Below the pieces are notes generated by a model. The model saw only the letters and a list, made by a program, of their open reading frames with translations, searched no databases and was not told where the DNA came from. A DNA stretch of 64,000 bases from Burkholderiales bacterium (GTDB taxonomy: Bacteria > Pseudomonadota > Gammaproteobacteria > Burkholderiales > JAEUOS01), in assembly GCA_947473125.1 (NCBI GenBank), contig CANJDH010000003.1:3427-67426 (forward strand), read 5' to 3'. This document shows positions 21,581 through 34,220 of this stretch, one piece after another. The stretch's first letter is position 1. Each line of letters opens with the position of its first letter. The position numbers and the translations under genes are program-made.

Positions 21581-22216
21581 TCAGGGGTTCCAGGAAGCGA
21601 AATTGGTAAACATGTTGAGGCCAGCCTGATGACTCTTTTCCGGGTGAAACTGTACGCCGAAAATATTATCGCGCGCAACTGCACAGACAAAGTGTAACCC
21701 ATAGTCCGATTCACCAACCGACACCGTCGCCGCTTTCGGCACCGGGTAGAAACTGTGGACAAAGTAGAAGCGGCTGGCATCCGCGATACCCTGCCACAGA
21801 GGGTGCGCGCGCGCCTGGTACACCTCGTTCCAGCCCATGTGGGGCACCTTGAGGATGAGGCCGTCGGCCCCCACTTTTCCAGTCGGAAAGCGCACCACCG
21901 AGCCGGCGAACAGGCCCAATCCCGGCGTATCGCCCTCCTCACTCACCTCGAACAGCATCTGCATGCCGACGCAAATGCCAAGAAACGGCTTGCTGGCCGC
22001 GGCCTCAAGAACGGCGTCTCTCAAGCCCGACGCGGTCATCTCGCGCATGCAGTCTGGCATCGCGCCCTGCCCTGGAAAGACGACACGGTCTGCGCTGCGG
22101 ATTGCCGCCGGATCGTGCGTGATGATCACGCGCGCCCCGGGCGCAACGTGTTCAATCGCCTTCGCCACAGAGCGCAGGTTGCCCATACCGTAATCAATGA
22201 CTGCAATGGTCTGCAT
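21581..22216 (-). CDS. hisH: IGP synthase glutaminase subunit
   Basis: DYGMGNL, GICVG and QFHPEKS. Confidence 0.98.
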   Translation of the reverse strand: MQTIAVIDYGMGNLRSVAKAIEHVAPGARVIITHDPAAIRSADRVVFPGQGAMPDCMREMTASGLRDAVLEAAASKPFLGICVGMQMLFEVSEEGDTPGLGLFAGSVVRFPTGKVGADGLILKVPHMGWNEVYQARAHPLWQGIADASRFYFVHSFYPVPKAATVSVGESDYGLHFVCAVARDNIFGVQFHPEKSHQAGLNMFTNFASWNP

Positions 22217-22263
22217 CTTGAACCGACGCCACGCGCTGCGATGAGCGCATCAGGCCGAAAAAG

Positions 22264-22851
22264 TCAGAGTGACCCCTTGGTCGAGGGAATGCTGCCCGCG
22301 GCACGCGCATCGAGTTCCGCAGCCATGCGCAATGCGCGACCGAATGCCTTGAAGACCGTTTCACACTGGTGGTGCGCATTCTCGCCGCGCAGATTGTCGA
22401 TATGCAGGGTTACCAGGGCGTGGTTGACAAAACCCTGAAAGAATTCATGGGTCAGGTCAACGTCGTACTCCCCGATCATGCCGCGCTTGAACGCAACGTG
22501 AAATTCAAGGCCGGGGCGCCCCGAGAAATCAAGGACAACGCGCGACAGGGCTTCGTCAAGCGGTACGTAGGCGTGCCCGTAGCGACAGATGCCCTTCTTG
22601 TCGCCGATTGCCTTGGAAAGCGCCTGGCCGATCGTGATGCCGATGTCCTCAACGGTGTGGTGCGCGTCGATATGCAGGTCGCCCTTGGCCTCCACCTCAA
22701 GATCGATCAGACCATGGCGTGCGATCTGGTCCATCATGTGGTCCAGGAACGGTACGCCGGTCTTGAACGAAGACTGGCCGGAACCATCGAGGTTGAGCTT
22801 GACGCGAATCTGCGTCTCGTTGGTGCTGCGGGTGACTTCGGCGGTGCGCAT
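22264..22851 (-). CDS. hisB: imidazoleglycerol-phosphate dehydratase
   Basis: [13 protein letters not shown] and NAHHQCE. Confidence 0.98.
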   Translation of the reverse strand: MRTAEVTRSTNETQIRVKLNLDGSGQSSFKTGVPFLDHMMDQIARHGLIDLEVEAKGDLHIDAHHTVEDIGITIGQALSKAIGDKKGICRYGHAYVPLDEALSRVVLDFSGRPGLEFHVAFKRGMIGEYDVDLTHEFFQGFVNHALVTLHIDNLRGENAHHQCETVFKAFGRALRMAAELDARAAGSIPSTKGSL

Positions 22852-22890
22852 GGCGGGTCCGGCGGCGGAGGAGTTGAATCGCTGGGGTGA

Positions 22891-23970
22891 TTAGCTTAGC
22901 GCAGATTTGAGCGCAGCGAGCATGGCTCGATTTTCGTCCGGCGTGCCGATGGTGAGGCGCAGGCAATTGTCGAGCATCGGGTGCCCGCCCGAGAAATTTT
23001 TCACCAGCACGCCCTGCCGCTTCATGGCATCGAACACGCGCGTGCCGGCGCCAGCTGGGCCTTCGACGCGCACCAGCACAAAATTGGCGGCGCTGGGAAA
23101 CTGGGTCAGTCCATCCAGGCCGGCGAGGTGCGCCACCATGTCATCGCGTTCAGCGCAAACAATGGCGGCCTGTGCATCGAGTACCGCCTTGTTCTCCAGC
23201 AACTTGATCGCCACCGCCTCGGACAGCACGCTGACATTGAATGGCGAGCGCGTCTTGTCGAATTCATTGATCCACTCCGGATGACCGGACACATAACCCA
23301 GACGCACGCCGGCCATGCCAATTTTCGACACTGTGCGCAACACCACTAGGTTGTCGAATTCCGTAATGCGCGGCATGAACGTGGTGCCGGCGAAGGGCTG
23401 ATAGGCTTCGTCAATTACCACCAGGCCGGGTGCCGCGCGGATGATGCGCTCGACGTCGGCCACCGGAAAAGGGTTGCCGGTCGGGTTGTTCGGAAATGCA
23501 ATCCAGACCAGTGACGGACGATGCTCAACCATGGCGGCCAGAAATCGTTCGGTGTCGAGCGTGAAATCGGCGTTCAATGGCACGCCGATGAAGGGCAGCC
23601 GGTAGAACTGTGCGTACAGCTGGAACATGGCGAACGATGGGGCCGGCGCCATCACGACAGCGCCCTCACGCGCCACGGCGGCGGTAATGTATTGAATGCA
23701 CTCGTCCGAACCGGTGCCTAGTAGCACCTCGCACCCGGCTGGCACGTGCATCACGTCCTTGATCAATTCGCGCAACTTGTGCGCAGTCGGCACCGGGTAG
23801 CGATTGAACTCCAGGTTCGCCACCACATCGCCCACCTCTTTGGCAAGCCAGGCTGGCAACCGGTAAGGACTTTCCATCACGTCAAGCTTGATGAAGCCGC
23901 TCGCGTCCGACACGTGATACGCAGTCATGCCCTGCACGTCGGCCCGGATCACCTGTTTGGCGCGCGTCAT
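22891..23970 (-). CDS. hisC: histidinol-phosphate aminotransferase
   Basis: PNNPTG, DEAY and [14 protein letters not shown] (PLP lysine); start placed at ATG 23970, overlapping the hisD stop. Confidence 0.96.
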   Translation of the reverse strand: MTRAKQVIRADVQGMTAYHVSDASGFIKLDVMESPYRLPAWLAKEVGDVVANLEFNRYPVPTAHKLRELIKDVMHVPAGCEVLLGTGSDECIQYITAAVAREGAVVMAPAPSFAMFQLYAQFYRLPFIGVPLNADFTLDTERFLAAMVEHRPSLVWIAFPNNPTGNPFPVADVERIIRAAPGLVVIDEAYQPFAGTTFMPRITEFDNLVVLRTVSKIGMAGVRLGYVSGHPEWINEFDKTRSPFNVSVLSEAVAIKLLENKAVLDAQAAIVCAERDDMVAHLAGLDGLTQFPSAANFVLVRVEGPAGAGTRVFDAMKRQGVLVKNFSGGHPMLDNCLRLTIGTPDENRAMLAALKSALS

Positions 23971-25259
23971 AGGCGGAACTCCGCAGATTTGGCGTGGGCC
24001 GGCAGCCCTTCGCCATGCGCCAGGGTAGAGGCTATTTTCCCAAGGGTGCGCGCGCCTTCGCGAGACACCTTGATGATCGAGGAGCGCTTCTGAAAATCGT
24101 ATACGCCCAATGGCGAGGAAAAGCGTGCGGTGCGCGCGGTCGGCAACACGTGGTTCGGACCCGCGCAATAGTCGCCGAGCGCCTCGCTCGAATAGACCCC
24201 CATGAAAATAGCCCCCGCGTGGCGAATCAGGGGCAAGAGTGCGTCCGGGTCCGCCACCGACAACTCGAGGTGCTCGGGCGCAATATGGTTGGCGATTTCG
24301 CATGCATGGGCAAGGTCCCGCGTCTTGATCAGGGCTCCGCGCGCGGTGATTGATTTCTCGATGATCGCCGCGCGTGGCATGGTCGAAATTTGTCGCTCGA
24401 TGCTCCTGGCGACCCGATCAATAAATACCGCATCGGGGCAAAGCAAGATGGCCTGCGCAATCTCGTCATGCTCTGCCTGGCTGAACAAATCCATCGCCAC
24501 CCAATCAGGGTCGGCACTGCCGTCACTGATCACAAGAATTTCCGAAGGGCCGGCAATCATGTCGATCCCGACCGTGCCAAACACGCGCCGCTTCGCTGCT
24601 GCGACAAATGCATTGCCGGGCCCGACGATCTTGTCGACCTGCGGAATGGTCTCGGTGCCGTAGGCCAGTGCACCAACTGCCTGGGCGCCGCCAATGCGGT
24701 AAATCGTGTCAACCCCGGCGATCGCAGCAGCAGCCAGTACTAGCGGGTTGGTGTCACCGCCAGGAGCCGGTGACACCATGATGAGTTCGCTCACGCCCGC
24801 CACCCTTGCCGGGATGGCGTTCATGAGAACAGAGCTCGGATACGCCGCCTTGCCGCCCGGCACGTAGAGGCCAGCACGATCGAGTGGCGTGACTTGCTGG
24901 CCGAGTACGGTGCCGTCAGGTTCCGCGTAAGTCCAGGAAGCGGCCTTCTGCCGCTCGTGATAGCTGCGTACGCGCAGCGCCGCAGCCTCAAGCGCAGTGC
25001 GGCGCGCTGCAGGTATGGCATTCAACGCTGCATCTATCTCGTCAGCAGTCACCTTCAGAGCGTGCATCGATACGGCTTTGAGCCCGTCAAACCGGGACGT
25101 GTACTCCAAGACCGCCGCATCGCCACGTGCTTTGACATCGGCGAGGATGCTTTGCGCCGACCGCTCGACGGCTTCATCGACGTCATCCGCGTAGGCGAGC
25201 AACTTGCCTAGCCGTGCCGAAAAATCGGCCGCCGCAGCGTCAAGGCGCGTGATATTCAT
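23967..25259 (-). CDS. hisD: histidinol dehydrogenase
   Basis: [27 protein letters not shown] and GPNHVLPT. Confidence 0.98.
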   Translation of the reverse strand: MNITRLDAAAADFSARLGKLLAYADDVDEAVERSAQSILADVKARGDAAVLEYTSRFDGLKAVSMHALKVTADEIDAALNAIPAARRTALEAAALRVRSYHERQKAASWTYAEPDGTVLGQQVTPLDRAGLYVPGGKAAYPSSVLMNAIPARVAGVSELIMVSPAPGGDTNPLVLAAAAIAGVDTIYRIGGAQAVGALAYGTETIPQVDKIVGPGNAFVAAAKRRVFGTVGIDMIAGPSEILVISDGSADPDWVAMDLFSQAEHDEIAQAILLCPDAVFIDRVARSIERQISTMPRAAIIEKSITARGALIKTRDLAHACEIANHIAPEHLELSVADPDALLPLIRHAGAIFMGVYSSEALGDYCAGPNHVLPTARTARFSSPLGVYDFQKRSSIIKVSREGARTLGKIASTLAHGEGLPAHAKSAEFRL

Positions 25260-25912
25260 GGCACCGCTTTGACCGCCAACTCGAACGCATCGAGAAGGGC
25301 CTGCACTTCAGTGCGCTTGACCTTCAAGGCCGCCTGATTGACCACCAGCCGCGCCGACACCGGGCAAACTTCCTCGACAGCGATCAGGCGGTTGGCCTTC
25401 AGGGTACCGCCCGTCGAGACAACATCAACGATGGCATCCGCCAACCCCACAAGGGGTGCCAACTCCATCGAGCCATAGAGCTTGATGAGGTCTACGTGCA
25501 TCCCTTTGGCTGCAAAGTGCTCGCGTGCGGTATCAACGTACTTGGTGGCCACCCGGATGCGCGCGCCCGAGCGCACCGCCGCCTCATAGTCAAATCCTTC
25601 GTGCACTGCCACCATCATCCGGCAGCGCGCGATGTTGAGATCTATCGGCCGATACATGCCGGCGCTGCCGTGCCGCGCGTCGTGCTCGAGCAGCACGTCG
25701 GAACCGGCAACGCCGACGTCCGCCGCACCGTAGAGCACGTAAGTGGGAACGTCAGAAGCGCGCACAATGATGATCCGTACGTCGGGCCGGTTGGTCGAGA
25801 GGATCAGCTTGCGCGATGTGTCCGGATCGTCGGCCACACGAATGCCGGCAGACGCAAGCAACGGCAGCGTGTCATCGAAAATGCGGCCCTTTGAGAGGGC
25901 GAGGGTAAGCAC
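25256..25912 (-). CDS. hisG: ATP phosphoribosyltransferase, short form (needs HisZ)
   Basis: [12 protein letters not shown] and [25 protein letters not shown]; 218 aa with no C-terminal regulatory domain. Confidence 0.97.
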   Translation of the reverse strand: MLTLALSKGRIFDDTLPLLASAGIRVADDPDTSRKLILSTNRPDVRIIIVRASDVPTYVLYGAADVGVAGSDVLLEHDARHGSAGMYRPIDLNIARCRMMVAVHEGFDYEAAVRSGARIRVATKYVDTAREHFAAKGMHVDLIKLYGSMELAPLVGLADAIVDVVSTGGTLKANRLIAVEEVCPVSARLVVNQAALKVKRTEVQALLDAFELAVKAVP

Positions 25913-26107
25913 GGCGGGAAGGGTATTGGTAAAGCGATGATTTTACCCGAGTTGACACAAGGCTCCGGTGAAAATGCAGCAAGGTGCGGCCCGGAGAAGA
26001 CCAATCCATGCGCCTTTCACCAGGTTCAGCCGGGAAACCTGTGCTCGAAGCGAATCCCGGGCCCGGGCCTGGCAACCTGCGCCAGCAACGTGAGCGGGGG
26101 AACGCCA

Positions 26108-28450
26108 TCACGTCGCCGCTGCGCGCAGTTCCTCAGTGGTGGTGCGCAGCCTGTCCGCCAACAAGCGGCTCATATTGAGCAACACCTTGCTGGCCAACGC
26201 CGGATTCGCCACGCGCAATGATTCAAGCGAACTGCGCGACAGGCCGAAAACCACCGAATACTCCTCGACAATCGCGTCCGCAGATCGCGGGCGATCCTCC
26301 ACCAGCACCATTTCGCCGAACATGACCCCGGGGCTGAGTGTCACGAGGCGACGCGATTCGGTGCCGCTGTGCCGCGGCAATTTGATGCTGATGATGCCGC
26401 GGGCCGCGACATACAGGGTATCTCCGGCATCACCTTCGCGAAACAGGTACTCGCCCTGATTGAAAACCCGTCGCTCAAGGTGTTGTTCCAGAACGCGCAC
26501 CTCCTCGGCCGTACATTCGTAGGCAATGCCCAATTGGGCAATCGACAATTCATGTTCGGTTTCATCCTCAGGAAACGCGCGCGCGAGCATGCTTGCCTCG
26601 CACCATTCAAGCGCGTAGTCGGCATCGACGAACCAGCGTTCCGGCGGGATTGCGGCTGCGACACCCATGCCGGCCAGAAACTGTCCATTGACATCGCGTG
26701 GCGTGATGTTGCCCAAGACGGCGGTCTTGCCCTGTTTGGTCAGGCGAGCGCCAATCTGCTCGATGATATGCGCCCCGGTAGCGTCAATTTCTGTTACTCG
26801 CCGGAAGTCAAATGCAATGTAATCGGCACTGGGGGCGAGTTGCTCAACCATCAAGGACAAGTGGTCGGCTGTGCCAAAAAACAGCGTGCCTTCCAGCTCT
26901 ACGACCGCAATGCGTCCGCCGTGCTTGCGCAGGTAGGCGGTTTTCTCGGGGTTGCGCAGCTTCAACGAGTGTCGCTTGTCGCCACGATGCACCACATGCA
27001 CTACCGATTGGCTGCTTTTGCCGATGAACACCACGACAGTCGCAATGACGCCCGCAAGAACGCCAGCTACAAGGTTGAATGCCACCGTGGCCACCGTCAC
27101 AAGCACGACGATGGCAAAGTTGACATAGACCTCGCGATGGACATCGCGATGACGCATGCGTTTGACAATCTGACGGGTCCAGCCGTCAAACATGGTGATG
27201 GCAATGTAGGTCAATACGGCGGACAACACCACGTGGGGCAGGTAAGCCACCCAGTACTGGGCCGTCATGAGTGCCAGCAGCATGACGCAGGCATGTGCCA
27301 CGCCCGAAAGGCGGGTGCGCCCGCCAGCCCCGTAGTTGAGCAGGGTCCGCGACGCGGTGGAACCGCCGAACACCGCGCCAAATACACCGCCAACCATGTT
27401 TGACGCGCCCTGGGCCAGCAGCTCGCGGTTGGCTTCGGGCCTGCGTCCGCTGACTTGCCCGACGGCTACGGCACACATAAGCGATTCGAGCGCCCCCAAA
27501 ATCGCCAACACCGCGATCGATGGCGCCACCATCCAGAGGGCGCGCCAGGTGTCGACGTCAAACGCACTGGACGCGATTTGCTTGAGATATACCGGAGCGG
27601 GCCACGTTGGAGGGATCGACCCGACTACAGGGCCCAGATCAAGCGCGCCCAGATCAATCGCCGGCCAGAAGCGGGTAAGCAGATAATAAAATCCTGTGCC
27701 GAGCAGGACGGCGACTATCGGTGCGGGAATGCGCGGCCAACGCCGGCTCACAGACCCCATCACCAGTAGCGTAAAAAGGGCTACCGCCGTCGTTTCGGGC
27801 TGCAGCTGATCATAAATGGTCGCAAAATCCCACCACGCGGTACTGCGCTTTAAGGCAAATAGGGTTGGCAACTGCGACGCCAGGATCAGGAATGCCAGAC
27901 CGTTCATGAACCCGGCAACAACGGGGTGCGGAATGAACTTGATGTAGCCACCGATCCCGATGGTGCCAAAAACCATCTGCAACAGCCCCGCCAGGGTAAC
28001 GGCGAAAAAACTTAACACCAGCACCCGGGTTGCGCCGGCGCCCTCCAATGCCATGCTGGCCCCGACCAGGTCAGCTTCACGTGCGACAAGTGCGCCGATG
28101 ATCAGCGCCATCACCAGTGAAAATGAAGAGCGCGGGCCGCCTATGCCAAAACGGGTACCGCCTAACAGGGCAACAATCAGCCCGGAAACAATCGAGCAAT
28201 AGAAACCGGCAAGAATACCGAACGTCAGATACTCGGCACCGAGCGGCGCAAAGGCCAACGCCCCGATGGTGATGGTTTGCGGTAGCGCCACCACGCCTGA
28301 GGTAATTCCACCAATCAAGTCCCCCTTGAAATGGCGCCGGCGGCCCGCTGATCGTGCGCCTCCGTCAACGTTTCCGGCGTCATGCCGAAGGTCCGTGGCC
28401 ACGCTCGCAGCGCCCGCGCTTTTTTGATTCGGGTCGGCCTTCTGACTCAC
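26108..28450 (-). CDS. SulP/SLC26 anion transporter with STAS and cyclic-nucleotide-binding domains
   Basis: GDLIGGITSGVVALPQ, GFMNG and NRELLAQG; STAS region (LEGTLFFGTA, DATGA); cNMP region (LFREGDAGD, FGEMVL, PRSAD). Confidence 0.9.
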   Translation of the reverse strand: MSQKADPNQKSAGAASVATDLRHDAGNVDGGARSAGRRRHFKGDLIGGITSGVVALPQTITIGALAFAPLGAEYLTFGILAGFYCSIVSGLIVALLGGTRFGIGGPRSSFSLVMALIIGALVAREADLVGASMALEGAGATRVLVLSFFAVTLAGLLQMVFGTIGIGGYIKFIPHPVVAGFMNGLAFLILASQLPTLFALKRSTAWWDFATIYDQLQPETTAVALFTLLVMGSVSRRWPRIPAPIVAVLLGTGFYYLLTRFWPAIDLGALDLGPVVGSIPPTWPAPVYLKQIASSAFDVDTWRALWMVAPSIAVLAILGALESLMCAVAVGQVSGRRPEANRELLAQGASNMVGGVFGAVFGGSTASRTLLNYGAGGRTRLSGVAHACVMLLALMTAQYWVAYLPHVVLSAVLTYIAITMFDGWTRQIVKRMRHRDVHREVYVNFAIVVLVTVATVAFNLVAGVLAGVIATVVVFIGKSSQSVVHVVHRGDKRHSLKLRNPEKTAYLRKHGGRIAVVELEGTLFFGTADHLSLMVEQLAPSADYIAFDFRRVTEIDATGAHIIEQIGARLTKQGKTAVLGNITPRDVNGQFLAGMGVAAAIPPERWFVDADYALEWCEASMLARAFPEDETEHELSIAQLGIAYECTAEEVRVLEQHLERRVFNQGEYLFREGDAGDTLYVAARGIISIKLPRHSGTESRRLVTLSPGVMFGEMVLVEDRPRSADAIVEEYSVVFGLSRSSLESLRVANPALASKVLLNMSRLLADRLRTTTEELRAAAT

Positions 28451-28470
28451 ACCCTCGCCCTCCGCGCGCG

Positions 28471-29968
<1,498 letters not shown>

Positions 29969-30088
29969 TTCCGTTTCTCCTTCACCTTCATTTTGATGCC
30001 GTCAATTTGGGCCAAGCTCGGACTGACCAAGAATGGCACGGCAACCAGCTCTCATCGCATTCGCCATCCACAAAAGTCCCAGCTCTAG

Positions 30089-30883
30089 CTAGTGCCTCAG
30101 CTTGTACCCCGTTTTGAGCATCCACAGAATCAACCCGGCGATGGCGCCCAGACAGGTAGCAACGATGAGCAGCGACAACCACGGCGAAACGTCACTCTGC
30201 CCGAAGAACCCCCTGCGAAAACCATCAATCATGTAAAAAAACGGGTTGAAATGCGACACGGTCTGCCAGAACGGCGGCAGCGAATGGATTGAGTAAAACA
30301 CACCGGAAAGAAACGTGGCCGGCAGGATGAAGAAGTTCTGAAACGCCGCGATGTGGTCAAATTTATCGGCCTGAATGCCGGCCAGCAAGCCCATCGAACC
30401 GAGGAACGCACTGCCCATCACCGCAAACACGACGATCCACACAGGCTCCCTGAGGGGCGGCATGCCGAACAAGAGCGTTACCGCAAACACGCCAAGGCCA
30501 ACGCACAGTCCGCGCACCACCGACGCGATCACGTAGGCCGAAAAAAACTCGAAATAGGAGATTGGCGGGAGCAAGACAAACACCAGGTTGCCGGTGATCT
30601 TGGATTGGATCAAGGATGATGAGGTATTGGCGAAGGCATTCTGCAGCACCGACATCATGATCAGCCCCGGGATCAGGAAGGCCGTGTACTGAACCCCGGG
30701 ATACACCTGCACCCGGTCTTGCAGAACATGTGAAAAGATCAACAGGTAAAGCATCGCCGTCAAAACCGGAGCGGTAACGGTCTGGGCGCTGACTTTCCAG
30801 AATCGCAATAATTCCTTGTACAGAAGCGTGCGAAACCCGCTTTGCGGTAGCGCCTCGTTTGCCACGGTTGAGGGGCGGGTCAC
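30089..30883 (-). CDS. ABC-2 permease (YadH-like)
   Basis: KELLRFWKV...QT, FLIPGLIMM, FLSGVFYS and NPFFYMIDGFR. Confidence 0.9.
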   Translation of the reverse strand: MTRPSTVANEALPQSGFRTLLYKELLRFWKVSAQTVTAPVLTAMLYLLIFSHVLQDRVQVYPGVQYTAFLIPGLIMMSVLQNAFANTSSSLIQSKITGNLVFVLLPPISYFEFFSAYVIASVVRGLCVGLGVFAVTLLFGMPPLREPVWIVVFAVMGSAFLGSMGLLAGIQADKFDHIAAFQNFFILPATFLSGVFYSIHSLPPFWQTVSHFNPFFYMIDGFRRGFFGQSDVSPWLSLLIVATCLGAIAGLILWMLKTGYKLRH

Positions 30884-31794
30884 TGCATTGGCTCCTTGCC
30901 TTGATTCATGACCTGCATGAATACATCTTCCAGATCCGGCGCCATAACTTCCATCTCGTCGATATGCAGAACAGCGGCGCGCAACGGAGCCAGCACCATG
31001 GCGACTTCGTCGTAATCCTTGAGCCGGAAGCGGAACGAACCGCCGGCCTCTACCGGCTTGCGCGCGGCCAACTCAGCGGGCAACGGCCCGCGGATCTTGA
31101 CACGCAGAAAAGCGCCTGCGTGGCGCCGCAACAGTTCCGCTGTTGTATCCAGCGCCACCACGCGGCCCGCCTGCAGCATGGCGATGCGTCCGCACAGGCT
31201 TTCGGCCTCTTCAAGGTAGTGCGTGGTCAACACGATCGTGTGTCCGGCGCGATTGAGCTGTGCAATGAATTTCCAGAGCGTCTGGCGCAACTCCACATCG
31301 ACCCCGGCCGTCGGCTCGTCAAGCACGATAACCGGGGGCCGATGCACCAGCGCCTGGGCCACCAGGACGCGGCGCTTCATGCCTCCCGACAGGGCGCGCA
31401 TGTTGGCGTCGGCCTTGCCAGTCAGGTCAAGATGCCCCATCACCTCATCAATCCACGCATCGTTATTGCGCAGACCGAAGTACCCGGACTGTATCCGCAG
31501 GGTTTCGCGCACCGAGAAAAACGGATCAAACACGAGCTCCTGCGGCACCACACCCAGACTTCGGCGACTCTCCCGATAGGCGCCGACGACGTCGTGCCCC
31601 ATGACCAACACCGACCCGCTATCGCCTCTGGTGAGACCGGCAATCGTGCTGATCAAGGTGGTCTTGCCGGCACCATTCGGGCCGAGCAACCCGAAAAACT
31701 CTCCCTGCTCGATGCACAGACTGACACCGTCAAGAGCCTGCAGCGCTCCAAAACGCTTCTTGAGGTCGCGAACTTTGATGGCGGCGGTCGTCAT
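30880..31794 (-). CDS. ABC transporter ATP-binding protein (YadG-like)
   Basis: [17 protein letters not shown] and LDEPT; start placed at ATG 31794. Confidence 0.92.
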   Translation of the reverse strand: MTTAAIKVRDLKKRFGALQALDGVSLCIEQGEFFGLLGPNGAGKTTLISTIAGLTRGDSGSVLVMGHDVVGAYRESRRSLGVVPQELVFDPFFSVRETLRIQSGYFGLRNNDAWIDEVMGHLDLTGKADANMRALSGGMKRRVLVAQALVHRPPVIVLDEPTAGVDVELRQTLWKFIAQLNRAGHTIVLTTHYLEEAESLCGRIAMLQAGRVVALDTTAELLRRHAGAFLRVKIRGPLPAELAARKPVEAGGSFRFRLKDYDEVAMVLAPLRAAVLHIDEMEVMAPDLEDVFMQVMNQGKEPMQ

Positions 31795-31857
31795 GAACTG
31801 AAAAAAATCGGGCAGCTCAAGATGGCTGCCCACGCATCCGACAACGGCTGGAAGTTG

Positions 31858-32118
31858 TTAGCCCAGAGCAATCTGCTCGACACCATAAAGGTCGGCGAGG
31901 CCGCGCACGCGTTCGGATGGGTTCAACACAGCCAAGGAATTCCCGCCGCGCTGCGCCTCCCTGCGCCACGCCAGCAGGCAGGCGATCAGACTTGAGTCGG
32001 AAAGTTCAACCCCGGCCAAATCGAACTCCAGCTCGCCGGCGGCAATCGCCGCATGGCCTTGATGCAAAAGCAACACTGCGTCGTCAAGCAACACTCGGCC
32101 CGGAAGACGATAGGTCAT
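31858..32118 (-). CDS. mlaB: STAS-domain Mla accessory protein
   Basis: Short STAS fold (DLAGVELSDSS...LADLYGV) following mlaC; start ATG 32118. Confidence 0.82.
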   Translation of the reverse strand: MTYRLPGRVLLDDAVLLLHQGHAAIAAGELEFDLAGVELSDSSLIACLLAWRREAQRGGNSLAVLNPSERVRGLADLYGVEQIALG

Positions 32119-32128
32119 GGAAATGTAT

Positions 32129-32758
32129 TCACGAGGACTTGTTCTTCGCCTCGATCGTCTTGTTCTTGGCAACGAGGCTCTTGATGAGCCCGTCAACGCC
32201 GTTGTTCGTTATCTCGGCATTGAACGTGTTTTTGTAGTTCTCCACCAGACGCGCGCCAAGCACGCTGAGGTCCACCACTTTCCAGCCGCCGTCGCCCTTC
32301 TCAAGGTAGTAGTCCAGTTGAATCGGGTCACGCGAGCCGCTACGTATGAGTGACCGTACCACCGCATCCGTTTCACCCGCCTGCAATCGAAACGGGCGAT
32401 ATTCGATAACGGTATCCTGCTTGTATTCGGAAAACGCGTAAGAGTAGGTATTTGTCAGCAGCACCCTGAATTCACGCGTCAACGCCGCCTGCTGGTCAGC
32501 CGTGGCGCGCAGCCAGTGCCGTCCAACCGCCGACTGCGTCATGCGCTGAAAATTGATCACCGGGGCCACCTTGCCGTCGATCAACGCATTGATCTTGACC
32601 CGATTTCCGGATTGGAGATCCTTGTCAACCTTGATGGCGGAAGTGACCTCATCAACGACGCGTTTGACGAGCGCGTCCGGCGCCTCCTGCGCGAAAACGC
32701 TACCCGCCACACCAAGGGTCAAGCCAACAAATACCGCAGCAACCAAATGCCTGAACAT
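32129..32758 (-). CDS. mlaC: periplasmic phospholipid shuttle
   Basis: Signal peptide; AVGRHW, LLTNTYS and WKVVDL. Confidence 0.92.
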   Translation of the reverse strand: MFRHLVAAVFVGLTLGVAGSVFAQEAPDALVKRVVDEVTSAIKVDKDLQSGNRVKINALIDGKVAPVINFQRMTQSAVGRHWLRATADQQAALTREFRVLLTNTYSYAFSEYKQDTVIEYRPFRLQAGETDAVVRSLIRSGSRDPIQLDYYLEKGDGGWKVVDLSVLGARLVENYKNTFNAEITNNGVDGLIKSLVAKNKTIEAKNKSS

Positions 32759-32778
32759 GAGACGGGGCCTTCGAAGTG

Positions 32779-33678
32779 TCAGTTTGAGGGCTTGGCGATT
32801 GGAAGGCGCGCACTGGTCACAATTCGAGCCTGCATCCCCGCGCCCACTCGCGTACCGCCACGCTGGTTGGCTTCATCAAACCAAACGGTAGGCGGCAGTT
32901 GCGCTTTGGCCAAGGCTGGGTTGCCTACGCCCTCGGACAGGCCGGAGGTCGGCGGCACGGTCCCTTCAAGATCCGAGCGCGGACGCGATTTGTTGTCTTC
33001 TTCGTCAACCAGGCTCTGGCGCCGCTGTACGTAGGCGTCGCGCACGAACGCGTACTTGTCCAGTGCCGCATCCTCAACCGCGCTGGACGCATTGAGGAGC
33101 TCTGCACGCCGATTGACGGTCCGCAGGCTGAAGGCAACATTGCGTGTGGGAATGTGATTTGCCCAAACGGGATCCAGATTTGAATAAATTATCGTCCCGA
33201 CACCATCGCGAAAATTGGACGGCCCGAGAAAAGGCAACACCAGATAGGGTCCCGTGGCAATGCCCCATTTTCCGAAAGTCTGCCCAAAATCGCGATTATG
33301 CTTTTCCAGCCCCATCTTGGACGCAACGTCAAAGCAGCCCAACACGCCCACAGTCGAGTTGATCAATACGCGACATGCATCCGATACGGCATCTCCCACC
33401 TTCCCCTGCAACAAGCTGTTGACGGCGACGAACACATCATTGATGTTCGAAAAAACATTGCCGACGCATTCGCGTGCCGGTTCGGGCGTGACATTTCGGT
33501 ATCCGGTTGCAATCGGCTTGAGCAAGGCGTTGTCCACTGCATCATTGAAGCTGAAGACGGCCCGGTTAAAGCCCTCAAGCGGGTCCCCCGGGGTATTCGA
33601 CGTCGCACAACCAGCCGATACCAGCGAGAAGACGATTGCAAACACCACCGACCCGAAGTTCCCCATGGGCGCTTTCAT
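32779..33678 (-). CDS. mlaA: MlaA/VacJ outer-membrane lipoprotein
   Basis: Lipobox SAGC; DPLEGFNR, DFGQTFGKWG and GPYLVLPFLGPS. Confidence 0.95.
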   Translation of the reverse strand: MKAPMGNFGSVVFAIVFSLVSAGCATSNTPGDPLEGFNRAVFSFNDAVDNALLKPIATGYRNVTPEPARECVGNVFSNINDVFVAVNSLLQGKVGDAVSDACRVLINSTVGVLGCFDVASKMGLEKHNRDFGQTFGKWGIATGPYLVLPFLGPSNFRDGVGTIIYSNLDPVWANHIPTRNVAFSLRTVNRRAELLNASSAVEDAALDKYAFVRDAYVQRRQSLVDEEDNKSRPRSDLEGTVPPTSGLSEGVGNPALAKAQLPPTVWFDEANQRGGTRVGAGMQARIVTSARLPIAKPSN

Positions 33679-34196
33679 TTGTTGTCCTTTGCTCCACTGT
33701 CGGCGCCGCTCTTGGCGCCGCTTTCAGCGGGTTTACCTTCCGAGGTCTTGCTATACAAGAACTGGCTGATCATGTCTTCTAGCACAATTGCGGACTGCGT
33801 GTTGCGATCCTTGATTCTGCTTCCCTGCTCCAGCTTCGCACTATCGCCACCGGCGGTCAGGCCGATGTATTGCTCCCCAAGCAGGCCCGACGTCAAAATC
33901 TTTGCCGACGTGTCTTTGGGAAAGCCATAGCGCTTGTCCATGGCCAACCGAACGACCGCCTGAAACGTCTGATCATCGAACTCAATGGATGCCACACGCC
34001 CGACCACCACCCCAGCACTTTTGACCGGGGCGCGCGGCTTCAAACCGCCAATGTTATCAAACTTTGCAAGCACTTGATAAGTCTCGGAAAAATTAAATGA
34101 TGCCAGATTCCCGGCTTTTAGAGCGAGCACCAGAATTGCAACGAATCCAAGGATAACAAACAGTCCCACCCACACATCGACGAGTTTGCGGTTCAT
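33675..34196 (-). CDS. mlaD: MCE-domain protein MlaD
   Basis: FDNIGGLK, AGVVVGRV and TSGLLGEQY. Confidence 0.97.
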   Translation of the reverse strand: MNRKLVDVWVGLFVILGFVAILVLALKAGNLASFNFSETYQVLAKFDNIGGLKPRAPVKSAGVVVGRVASIEFDDQTFQAVVRLAMDKRYGFPKDTSAKILTSGLLGEQYIGLTAGGDSAKLEQGSRIKDRNTQSAIVLEDMISQFLYSKTSEGKPAESGAKSGADSGAKDNK

Positions 34197-34220
34197 ACCA
34201 CTGCCTTTTTAGCGAACATA

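Noticed and set aside
25256-25912. hisG as a truncated pseudogene
   Set aside because: 218 aa matches the normal short-form HisG that works with HisZ encoded elsewhere.
25913-26107. His-codon attenuator leader upstream of hisG
   Set aside because: No His-rich leader peptide or terminator with a U-tract.
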